Below are positions 38,078 through 48,999 of a DNA stretch of 64,000 nucleotides, in pieces (the first letter of the stretch is position 1; every line of letters starts with the position of its first letter). The DNA is taken from assembly GCF_032444005.1 (NCBI RefSeq), contig NC_091283.1:61132001-61196000 (forward strand). Direction: 5' to 3'. The DNA is from Ranitomeya imitator. Lineage: Eukaryota. The translations under genes and the position numbers were made by a program. The notes under the pieces are model-generated. The model had not been told where the DNA came from and made no database searches. It saw only the letters and a list, made by a program, of their open reading frames with translations.

Positions 38078-40930
38078 CGTTCCAAACAGTTTTATTAGAA
38101 TTTTAACTCTTAACCGGGAAGGAAAGATTAGGAATGGACGGTGGGGGGGTAGGGGTGGGGTAATGGGTTGGGATAAGAAGATGGGGAAAATAAACCCCTA
38201 TAGCAATAGGGGAAACAGGTATCGTATAGTAGATTAGAATAAACATAATGATTTGAACTCAAATTACACAGTAGGTTATCAAAATGACATTAGGGCTTTT
38301 TGTGCAGATTCGCTGAGTAGTCATCTAAGGCTATAGTCAGTAGATGGTAGAATACGAGTCCCTGTTGTGAGCTTTAAGCTTAATGAATATTATATGGTAG
38401 CTTTTTGAGTCCGGGAACACCCTCGGGAGACCCTGCGACTATGTGGGCGGCAAAAATATCTGGCTCATTATCCAAGCTAATCATTAGGAAGGAATAAAAC
38501 AATAACCCAAAAGAAGCGTAGTAAAAATAGATGACAATATGCATAGGGCAGAACTACAGTTCAGGTAGGACCTTTGAAGGTTCTAGAAGGTTTCAGACCA
38601 TGTTGCTGCAGGAAGGACAAACCCTCTGTAGGTGTTGTGATATGTACAGTTCCGGATAAGAGTTTTACCAACAGAGTAGAGGAAGGTGACCATGAATAAG
38701 CAAAGTGGGACCTCCGTAGCTCCCGTGTAATTGATGAAAAGTCTCGTCGCTTTTTCAAAGTGTCTTTAGACAGGTCTCTGAGAAATGTTAGGTGGCCATA
38801 TGAGGAGAGCAGGAAGTCTTTTTCGGAGGAAAGCTCAAATAGTTTACCCCTGACCCAGGCGGGGAAAAAGGAGACAATAATGTCTCTTGGCACATCCAGT
38901 GGGAGGGACGAGGGTCTCTTAATTCGGTAGACTTTATCTATTATATTAGGTTCATTGATGTCAGGAATAAATTTAGAGATCATTTTGTGGATGAAGTTTT
39001 TCAAGTGAGGGGTTTGACAGACTCAGGGACCCCCGATTTTCACGTTGTTTCTGCGTCTATGATCCTCAAGAGTTGCCAAGTTGCATTTGAGTGAGTCTAT
39101 ATCCCTTTGTAGACTTTCTAGCACATCCGAGGGCATAGGAGGGGTTGGTAAAGGATCCGAATGGGGAAGATCATAATTCCCAGGGGAAAAGTCCTCCATA
39201 CTGCTGTCTGAGGAGTTCATAGAGGATGCGTATGAGTCTTGTGTTGGTGAAGAGTTGTCGCAGAGGGAAGACCGTGAGGAAGATATGGATGAGGAGGAAT
39301 CAAGGCTTTCTGCAATGGATGATAGCGCGTCTTTTATGTATGCCTCAGATGCTATGTCCGTACAGGATGAACCAGTGTTTGACGGATTAAAAAAGAGCGC
39401 AAATTTGTCTATTATTAGGGATTGTTCGTCCATCTTTTTGTTAAAGTGGTCGCAAAAATCCATCAACAAATTGTCTATATCTGTTTCAGTGGGGGGTCTT
39501 TTGGAAGTTCTCGCCTCTTCTGTACGGGGAAAAAGGCATATTGCCTCTAAGTTGGGGTTCTCCTCCCCCTGATTAATGTTGCTGCTAGATCTCTGTAGTG
39601 GTGCATCCGGCAAGCAACAGTCCATTTGTGTCACTCCATCTAGTTCAGACTGTGTTATTTTGGGGTCTGCGACCTGATGTTTCTCTAGTCCCTGTTGCCT
39701 GGGTTGGGGTATAAATGTAGGTGCATCGTATCTTAGAATACGGCTGACAGTTTGCTTATTAGCACTAGTAACAGCGGTGTTGCCGCGATTTGTGGGCGGG
39801 GTCTTGTCCACCCCTCTGCTCCCCGGCCCCCCCTGTATATGGAGAGCTGCAGTGTCTTTGTCAGACCCGGTGTATGTGCCGGTCATATGTAGCAGAGCCG
39901 AGCATCCCGGGGACCCTAGAGCGGGAGCCGCCTGCCACGAGCGCTCCCCTGCAGAGTTCTTTGCGGCCAGCTCTGTGTTGATCTGTATGGGAGCGGGGCC
40001 GCCGCTCACCGTGGGCGGAGCTACGGGCGGAGTTCCGTCCTCTTTAATGTACCCCAGCCTCGCCCGCACCCGGAGGGCTGCAGCTCCCGGACTCATCCTG
40101 GAGGCTGCGCCGACTCCAGATAGCGATCTTCTATGTCCCGGGGACTCCAGAGCGTAAGTCGCTCTTTAAGCAGGCTTACCTGCTGCTGCTCTCCCCGCGG
40201 TCAAGCTGTTATTCCGTCTGCCGTGGGCAGAGCTGTGGGCGGGATTGTGCGCGGAGTCTCCTCCCTCCTGCTTCCCTGCTTCGCCGGCTCAGGTGAGGCC
40301 ACGGCTTTGTGCCGATACATGGCAGCGGCGCCGATTTGCTTTGGGGCGGTAGAGGGCTCCGGAGACTTAATGGTGGTGTCCGCTTGTGGTGAGCGCCCAC
40401 CCGGATCTTTTCTTGACTCAGGGTCTGGGGTCCTTTTCTTGAAAGCGGAGCCGCCGCGGTCCGTAGGCGGGGTTATGGGCGGGGTTTCAGCTGCTCTCCT
40501 GCTTCTCGGCCCTACTAAGTTAAGCGAGGCCGCAGCTTTAGGCCTACATGCGGAGTGGGTTCCGGTTTGTGCAAGGAGGATGGATGGTCCCTCAGCTTTC
40601 TGTGCGGGAGTCGCTGTGGACGTGTGTTTGTACATAGGTCCTCCTGCAGCCGAATCTTGGCTGGAACCTGGTAATGCTGCAGAGCGTAGCCCTTTGTTCT
40701 TCTGTGTATTAAGGCCTGGGGTAAGGTCGCAGCTGGAGCTTCTTTGCCTTGTAATTGCTTTTTTCGCAATAAAAGCCGGTTTTTCCATCTTGTGCTTTGC
40801 TCCTAGTCGCTTTAGATTAAACCTGGGGTAATTTCTTCCTATAAAGCATATAAAATGCCACTTATATTGAGGGATTGTTCAGGAGCTCCTGTAGCACAGG
40901 TATACTCCTGATCCCCAGCAAGCCACGCCC
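38078..40930 (-). mobile_element. ORF1-only non-autonomous L1 derivative (HAL1-like)
   Basis: 17-bp TSD tacaacagagtattttt (38061-38077, 40931-40947), 5' end gggcgtggc, AATAAA at 38091-38096 (minus) and L1 ORF1 motifs (LEDHRRRNNVKIGG; IDKVYRI...PRDIIV...LSKDTLKKRR). No ORF2 sequence seen. Confidence 0.85.
38561..40788 (-). pseudogene. L1-type ORF1 (RNA-binding/CTD) with a long low-complexity N-terminal extension
   Basis: ORFs 40201..40788, 39023..40096 and 38561..39004. One frameshift plus one stop. Confidence 0.8.
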
Positions 40931-42262
40931 TACAACAGAGTATTTTTGACCTCGTTGTGCTCTTTGTGTGTCTTCGAGTTAATATAATAGTATAGATTAC
41001 TCAGAGGCAATGATTGTGTTGTGGGCAGGCAGATGGCGTGGCTGGACACTGAGGCTGGACGGTGCCAGCTCTGGCTGTGAGGTTAGAGAACAGAGCACAG
41101 GGAGCCGTCAAGTTTGGTAGAGCTGCAGGTAAACAAAGTGGGTGCAAGGAATTAAGTGAAATTCAGGAGGAACAAAGACAGAAACAAAAAACTTACCGTA
41201 ATTTATAGGGGAGTTGTATATTACAATATAACGCAGATAAGCTTTAGGCTATGTGCACACGTTCAGGATTTCTTGCAGAAATTTCCTGAGCAAAACCGGA
41301 CATTTTCTACAAGAAATTCGCATACGTTTTTCTCGCGTTTTTTTTTTTTTTTTTTTTTTTTTTGTGCGTTTTTGACGCATTTTTTTTCCGAAGCTTCCCA
41401 ATGCATTAAATAGCGGGAAAAAACGCAAAAAATCTGCAAAATTAATGAACATGCTGCGTTTTTTACCGCGATGCTTTTTGCGGAAAAAAAAAAACACATC
41501 ATGTGCTCAAAAATTGCGGAATGCATTCTAAATGATGGGATGCATAATGTATGCGTTTTTATAGTAAAAAAATTAAATAAAAAAACGCAAATAATCCGCA
41601 ACGTGGGCACACAGCCTAAAAGAAATATCCGAATTTCAGGGTTAGACATCTTTAAGGTTTTCACGACAAGAAATAAAAGTTTGGGTTAACAAGAATATAT
41701 TTTTTATTTTATTACTATCCTTTTTTTTAATTTGTATTTTACATATCTATATCCATACATATATATATTTTTAAGTTTGCAAACATCATGAGCAACCATG
41801 ATTTTGCGCTACAGCAGAAGAATTTATGTACTACCGAGACTGGTCTCAATGCTCCTCCTAAATGTCATTTTTAGCTAGTTATCAAGCCCTGATAGCTGCG
41901 TGAGCTTGAAAGGGGTGTTCTCCAGTCTAAAATTAATCCCCTACCAATGTCACGGGGAACAATTTTTCAATTGCTGGGGTCCAACCGCCATGGCCCGATC
42001 CTGAGAACCGGGGCAGAATGGAGCAGTGGTCGATCATGCGCACTACCACTCCATTCATTCCGTATGGGAGCGCCAGAGATTGCCAAGTGTATCTTTAGTA
42101 CTCCTATTAGAATTAATAGAGATGCAGCGCGCATGATCGACCACAGCTTGATTCTTGGAATCGGCGGGGGCCACTGCGGTCAGATGCCCCGTGATCGGAA
42201 AGTTAGTCCCCTATCCTTTGGATAGAAAATAACATTCAAATTTGAGAATACGTCTTTAGGTC

Positions 42263-42375
42263 ATAGCCTGATGAAGAGACGTATGTAGTCTCGAAAGCTT
42301 GCAATTTGTTACCATCTTTTCAGTTGGCCATTAAAAGGTATCAACCACTGAGGACTCTCAATTCTAAATATTTTT
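42263..42375 (+). mobile_element. Penelope-like terminal repeat relic with a type I hammerhead ribozyme motif
   Basis: atagc-CTGATGA-a-gagac(gtatgta)gtctc-GAAA-gctt-gcaat. The same terminal sequence (ggtatcaaccactgaggactctcaattctaaatatttt) recurs at 47372-47455 and 61658-61750. Confidence 0.65.
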
Positions 42376-42448
42376 ACGTCATAGCCGTCATTAATTTAAC
42401 CCTGTAGTATTTTTTGCCTATTCTCTTGCACGTTATTACGCATTGCAC

Positions 42449-43399
42449 TCACAAACCATTATTTAATTTTGCTCCCATCTGATGACGCAGACGTATCAGT
42501 GCAGATTTCACATCTTGGTTTTTCAGGCTGTAGATCAGCGGGTTAAGCATGGGGACGGCAGCCGTGTTAAACAGAGAGAGAAGCTTGCTAGATTCCAATC
42601 CATCCATTGAAACCGGCCTCATGTACTGACAGATAAGAGTCACATAGAGGAGGATGACCACCGTAAGGTGTGAAGAGCAGGTGTAGAAAGCCTTACGTTT
42701 TCCGGAACTAGATCGAATTTTTCGAACAGCTGTGATAATAAAGATATATGGAATGAAAGTGAACAGAAAGGGAAAAACGGAAAGGAAGAGTCCACAGATA
42801 AAAATTAAAAGATTGGTCAATGAAGTGTCGCTGCACGTAAGGTTCATGATGGGAACTATGTCGCAGAAAAAATGGTTAATTATGTTCGATTTATAACAAT
42901 CAAATTTATGTATTAAAACAAAAAGAGGAGTCGATTCTAGAAAGCCAAATAGCCAACAGATGGTAGCCAAAGCGGCACACAGGCCTGGGCCCATGACGGA
43001 AGAGTAATGCAGCGGGTTACAGACAGCGACACAGCGATCATAACTCATGGCTGTCAACATCATCAGCTCATTGCCCACTAGAGATACAAAGATGAACATT
43101 TGGGATACACAAGCATGAGCGGAAACCGTCTTATCCCCTGATATAAAGCTACTAAGGATCTTATGAAGAGTGACCGTGCTGGAGGATACGTCCAAGATGG
43201 ACAAGTTACATAAAAAGAAGTACATGGGAGTATGGAGCGGGGGCTCCAGGCAGACCACTAGAAAGATGGTCATATTACCACCTAGGATGACTACATAAAT
43301 CATTAGAACTAGAAGAAAGGTCAGGACGTGGAGCGCTGGAATGTCAGAGATCCCTATAATAATGAAGTAGGTCACGACTGTCATATTTGCGACATTCAT
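42449..43399 (-). CDS. olfactory receptor (class II/gamma-like), intact, 316 aa
   Basis: Motifs LHTPMYFFLCNLS, MSYDRCVAVCNPLHY, HFFCDIVP, KAFYTCSSHL and PMLNPLIYSLKN. Upstream acceptor ttttgcag ~13 nt before the ATG. Close paralogue of the 28.3 kb OR. Confidence 0.95.
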   Translation of the reverse strand: MNVANMTVVTYFIIIGISDIPALHVLTFLLVLMIYVVILGGNMTIFLVVCLEPPLHTPMYFFLCNLSILDVSSSTVTLHKILSSFISGDKTVSAHACVSQMFIFVSLVGNELMMLTAMSYDRCVAVCNPLHYSSVMGPGLCAALATICWLFGFLESTPLFVLIHKFDCYKSNIINHFFCDIVPIMNLTCSDTSLTNLLIFICGLFLSVFPFLFTFIPYIFIITAVRKIRSSSGKRKAFYTCSSHLTVVILLYVTLICQYMRPVSMDGLESSKLLSLFNTAAVPMLNPLIYSLKNQDVKSALIRLRHQMGAKLNNGL

Positions 43400-43619
43400 T
43401 AATGCAAGCCTCCTGCAAAATTGGAAAGAAAAATGGTTTGTAAGAGAATTATGCTGCGCGGAATATCAATAATTCATTTCTGGGAAAGAATAACAGGCCA
43501 CATGTAGATGGTCACTTCACACTAATCTGTATTGTATGGCTCAGTCTGCCAGCACCCATAGTAATAGACCTGTGTGGCACCCCCATTTTTTTTTCAAGGT
43601 TTCACCTGATTTGGCACCG

Positions 43620-44003
43620 CATCAGATAACATGGCCCCCACAATCACCCGACCTCAACCCAACGGAGATGGTTTGGGAGGAGTTGGATGTAAAGTGAAGG
43701 CAAGGCAGCCAACAAGTTCTCAGTACCTCGGGCGACTCCTTCAAGACTGCTGGAAAGTCACTGTGACACCTTATGAAACTGCTTGAAAGAATGGCAAGGT
43801 CATCAGAGTGAAAAAGGGGGACTTTGAGGAATCTAAGGTTTAACACACATTCTGGTTTGTTTCACTTGTGTTTCTTTCCTCCTTGTTTCCATGTATTAAT
43901 TTGTGGTTTTGCTGCCTTCAGTCTGAATCTACAATGTGCACATTATCATAAGAACAAGGACAACCATTGCATGAACAGGTGTCCAACCTTCGACTGCTGC
44001 TGT
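43620..44003 (+). mobile_element. Tc1 transposase C-terminal fragment and end
   Basis: WPPQSPDLNPTEMVWEEL motif. Ends ...ctgctg|ta. Confidence 0.75.
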
Positions 44004-46649
44004 ACGTTTATGTTAGGTTTCCATTAATCAATAACTAGGAAGTCCTAGCTGGAGTTGGAAGTTTGGCTTACTGACACCACAGCCCTGCACATGTAAGAAT
44101 TAGGCATTTTTTTAAGTATTATTCTCATGCTGTGATAGAGCTGCGTGCGTATCCAGAAGTACGGTATTAGTATACTAGGATTGGTTGTTGCAGTCATATT
44201 CTCCGAGAAAGGCCCAAGTTCCGATGCCACATAACAGGATTCAAGTGGTAAAAATTGCAAGTTGAGGAGGTCGTGTAAAAAGGTTTTTACATTAGAGCCC
44301 ATGAACTTTAATTTATATCTTCGTGCCCAACATAGCTAGCTTAGGTGTACGGAAAAGTTATCACCTATCCACAGGTAGGTGATCATTTGGAGATGGTCCC
44401 CCGGGCTTCAAACCACTAGGATCCCCTTCAAACCCAAAAGTAGGGAACATGTATCCTCTATAGAAAGGACTGTTATCGCGCATGCTCATAAGCTACTCCA
44501 TTCATTTTGTTGCCGTCAGAAAAAGTTGGTGAGGTCGGGCATGCGCACTGCAGCGCCATTCTAGCTAAAATAAAAGTGTCCCATTCTGGTGCTCAGTGGA
44601 GATCCCAGCAGATCACCTACCTAAAAATGATCAACTATCCTCTATTGGTATGGCGGTAGAGTTTGGTGGACAGACACAAAGCTGAAATTGCTGCCAAAGA
44701 GCTTCTATTTGAAGTGGTCACATTGTGATTCACTTTAGTAGAACTGTGAAAAATGAAAAACCTCCATACGGAGTCAATACTTTTTTTTTTTTTTTATTGA
44801 CAAATTGTTGAAATGTGCTTTATTTTTTTTCATTGTACGTGCAGGTTTTGATAGCAAGGCAATGTTCACACGATGAGTTTTTTTAGCTGCATATTTCCGA
44901 AAAAAATACAAGTAACCTATTTAACTTAATGGGTGCAGAAAATCTGCGACATCAAAAACTCACCTAATGCTCATCGTAGGAACATAGCCTAAAAAGGGGA
45001 ATGTAAAAAACGAGAAGTGTACTGGGTTTGGCTTAAAGAAAAAAAAAACATATGACAATTTACAGAAGGTGCACAGAATACACAAAATCGACACGTGGAT
45101 GTATACAACATTGGAACAAGTCCTATGTACTACAGTATGCAGCATAATTTACAAGAATCTGAAATTTCCCACAAATGTTGCATCTGTGCCATTTTAACTC
45201 TTTTAGAGTCTTTTCTACAAGGAATGCCTCCCTCGCACCTGGTGTAGACACTGCCTAAGTTTTTTGGTGTAGGAATTTACATGCTTTACAAAATTTGTTG
45301 CTTCTCTACTAGAAAAAAAAAAAAAAGGAGTACCGTAATTATCAATTCTAACATCACCCACTATACTGAACATATACAGTATAAGAACTGACATTGGAAA
45401 AGCCCGAAAAGTAAAAAAGATAAAACAGCGGAAATTATTCCATTGATCGTTAATGTGCAAAATAAGTAGGTTTATTACAATTAAATGTATGTCGGAATGA
45501 AAATTTGTAAAATATGATAAAAATATGGTAAAAAGGAGGGGATTTTCCAGTCCCCTCAGTTTTGCTCAAAATTTTTAGCCCTGTATTTCAGGCTGCATTA
45601 GATACTGATACCTGGAGACTCTGGAAAACTCAGCAATTATCATATTAATTTTTTTTTTTTTTTTATCAACCTTTTCCCCCCATAATCTTTTACTTGTATA
45701 ATCTTTTTTAACATACTCACCTTACGTTGCGCTTTTTTCTATTTCTTTTCAGTTTTTCTACCAATTCCTTCTACTTTAAACCTTTTTGTGGATCGGAGTC
45801 AGCAACAGGGATACAAAACGGATGACACATGGAAGAAAAGTTATGTTTTTCACAAATTTAAAGACAAAAACGGATGTGTGAATATAGCCCAATATGAACA
45901 ATGACACAAACATTGGTACAACTGATGTCCCATACCTGGCGGGCACATGGTGTTCAGGAAGAATAAGATTCACAGCGGCACCACATATAAAACCACTTAC
46001 TATACACGGCTTGTCGGGAGAAGATTCCACATTCCACATGAAAAGTCAAAAGTGGTGGCGAAATAAAGAAGTATAGAATGTGATATGTCAACAAGTCACA
46101 AAATACTCTTCACTTTATACGTCTAACATTTATAAATGGTGCCAACGATTGTATTATCCCAGGAGGCACAACCTCCGTCGATAATACCTAGAAATATATC
46201 TTTTTAAGGATTAATTAATCCTTAATGGATAATATATATATATATATATAAAAAAAAATAATCTCGTAAACATTTTAATTTACTCACGTAGGAATAGAAA
46301 AAAAGTTAGCAAAAAGAAAAAGACAATTTTAGTAGTTTTGTGTCAAACCAGTAATTGAAATAATAAAAGAAATAGTAAAAAAAGAAAAAGAAAATATTTC
46401 TGACCCCATATCAAAGTGTAGATGTACAAAGTGCAGGAGCAAAGAAAGTTCATCTGTTTGCCACTTAGTGAATCTGCGACTGAACCATAGCACTAGAAAA
46501 GCCAAAATGAACACTACCACAAAGACAAAGAGTTAGCAAATACTTGTCAAAAATGCAAACGCATCCAGCCCCCCGCCATGAAGTCTGCCATTACTAACGT
46601 GACATAATGGCCGGTGGTGCGGAGCTCACGGATACCAGTGCGGTCCTGT

Positions 46650-46960
46650 AATAGGAGCCACCGGAGGAACAAGTCCGTTCATGGCATTTCTTCCCTCCTA
46701 AATCTTCCATCACCTCTGAGTGATATTATTACAGAGACGAGGAAGGGACTGCAGCAACTCAGCCACAAAGTGGAGACCCTGTGATGTTACAGAGCAAGGG
46801 GGCCGAGCAGCTGCATGCAGCCTTACATCACCAAGCACAATACCGAGCGTCGGATAGAGTAGTATAAAGCCGCCATCACTGGACTCTGGAGGAAACGTGT
46901 TCTGCGCAGTGATGGATCACACTTCTCTATCTGGCGACTGATGGAAGAGTCTGTGGAAGT
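46650..46960 (+). mobile_element. probable Tc1 internal fragment (related piece at ~20900-21010)
   Basis: Shared ccttacatcaccaagcac...cactggactct block. Family assignment is from recall only. Confidence 0.45.
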
Positions 46961-48366
46961 CCTATCCTGTTCCAACATGATTGTGACACTGAGTATACAA
47001 GTACTCCAGCCTCATTAGGTCTAAAAAAACAAAAAAAAACATCTATTCAATAACTTACGTTTGTGTAGTGAAATCCGGTGATTCGTGACATTTGCTTTAA
47101 AGGATTTTTGATCTATATCTTTTTTATTTTTGCACTGATGGAGCTTGTTTTTTTGCGGGACATGATGATGCTTTTAGCAATATAATTTTTATTTACGGTA
47201 CATCTTTTTCATTGTGTTTTATTTCACTTTTTGTTCGGTGGTATGATGATAAAACGTTGTTTTTTGCCCCATTTTTTATGTTATTTTTTTTAAGCAGTTC
47301 ACTGAGGGGGTTAATTGGTAAGACAATTATATATGCCGGGTCGTTCTGGTTACCAAATGTGTACTTTTTTCATATTTAGAATTGAGAGTCCTCAGTGGCC
47401 CTCAATTCTAAATATTTTTCTATCTACTGGCTAACACGGTACCAAGATATATTTCTTTCCTGTACTTTTTTCATAAAATATTTATTTCTGGGTACAATAT
47501 ATTTATTATTTTGTGATTTTTAAAAAATTTTTTTTTACTCAGTTCCACTATGGGACTTTCACTTAGAATAGGATATACATTTATATGTATCCTGTGAGCA
47601 GGGGATCTGTGTATGTATTTAGGGGAGCCCCTATAGGACGGTGCCATCGCTGCTAGTGTCAGCATTGCACTCAGGGGTGGACACGTACTGTTACGGTTTT
47701 ATTCACACTGAAGCAAAAATATATATTTCAGCGCGTTGTACAGACTGAAGCCCTGGAGTGAAGGTATTGCAGAGATCACTGTCGTGGTCAGAGGGTATTT
47801 CTGATGTGTGGACAGTGGCGATGCTCCTTAGCGGAGATCGTTCCATCAATGTGAAATAATCGCTAAATATGCAGATCAAATCTTTGGAGAGAAAGAGAAC
47901 TTTAACTATAGCACCACCCATTGGATGTAGCAGTCCTAAAAGTCATTATCCACCCTTGACACCAGTTAGAATCAAAGTCAAACCTGGAACTCCATTTGCA
48001 GACGGTGTTTCGGGGTGTTTGCCCCTCATCAGTACAAAGCACGAAATCTGACTTGGCTGAGTGAGACCTCTGACTGGGGTCTATGGGGTAACCACTCTTC
48101 TTGTGAAGAGTCTGAATTTGGCATTAAGAGATTTATAGGACATGCAGAGCGCCTCTGGGGAAATTAAATATGCAAATTGTGTCTTCAGAGAAGAAGACCG
48201 AAGTCTATACCCCCACCTATACCTACTAAGGCAAACTGGTCAGATACCTCCTTACTTAGAAAAACAAGAATCCTGCTGTGAAAATAAATCACTTTGCAGT
48301 TTGGAAACCTGACCAGGGGATCATGGCAGTGTCTTCCTTCTATGTCTGGGGACTATGCATGCTGAC

Positions 48367-48999
48367 TAGTGTTGAGCGATACCGTCCGATACTTGAAAGT
48401 ATCGGTATCGGATAGTATCGGCCGATACCCGAAAAGTAACGGATATCGTCGATACCGATATCCGATACCAATACAAGTCAATGGGACACCAAGTATCGGA
48501 AGGTATCCTGATGGTCCCCAGGGTCTCAAGGAGAGGAAACTCTCCTTCAGGCCCTGGGATCCATATTAATGTGTAAAATAAATACTTAAAAAAAAAAATA
48601 TTGATATATTCACCTCTCCGGCGGCCCCTGGACTTCACCGCGGGTAACCGGCAGGCTTCTTTGTTTAAAATGAGCGCGTTTAGGACCTGAGAATGACGTC
48701 GCGGCTTCTGATTGGTCGCGTGCCGCTCATGTGACCACCACGCGACCAATCAGAAGCCGCGACGTCATTCTCAGGTCCTAAACGCGCTCATTTTAAACAA
48801 AGAAGCCTGCCAGTTACCAGCGGTGATGTCCAGGGGCCGCCGGAGAGGTGAATATATCAATATTTTTTATTTTAATTCTTTATTTTACACATCACTATGG
48901 ATCCGATACCGATTCCCGATACCACAAAAGTATCGGAATTCCGATACCGCAAGTATCGGCCGATACCCGATACTTGCGGTATCGGAATGCTCAACACTA
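48367..48999. mobile_element. hAT-type MITE (tagtgttgagcg family)
   Basis: TIRs, exact 8-bp TSD atgctgac and internal gatacc/gtatcgg repeats. Confidence 0.88.

Larger units (their letters stand above)
37612..40975. mobile_element. palindromic MITE split by the half-L1 insertion
   Basis: Left arm gaagacacacaaagagcacagcgaggtcaaaatactctgttgta is inverted relative to 37980-38077 plus 40931-40975. Confidence 0.75.

Noticed and set aside
40133-40831. 232-aa plus-strand ORF (and 39255..39572) antisense to the half-L1 ORF1
   Set aside because: GC-rich antisense shadow with no motif; no evidence for an ORF0-like product.
20900-46960. similarity between ~20900-21010 and ~46810-46890 as a segmental duplication
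   Set aside because: Short, isolated match better explained as fragments of a dispersed (probably Tc1) repeat.
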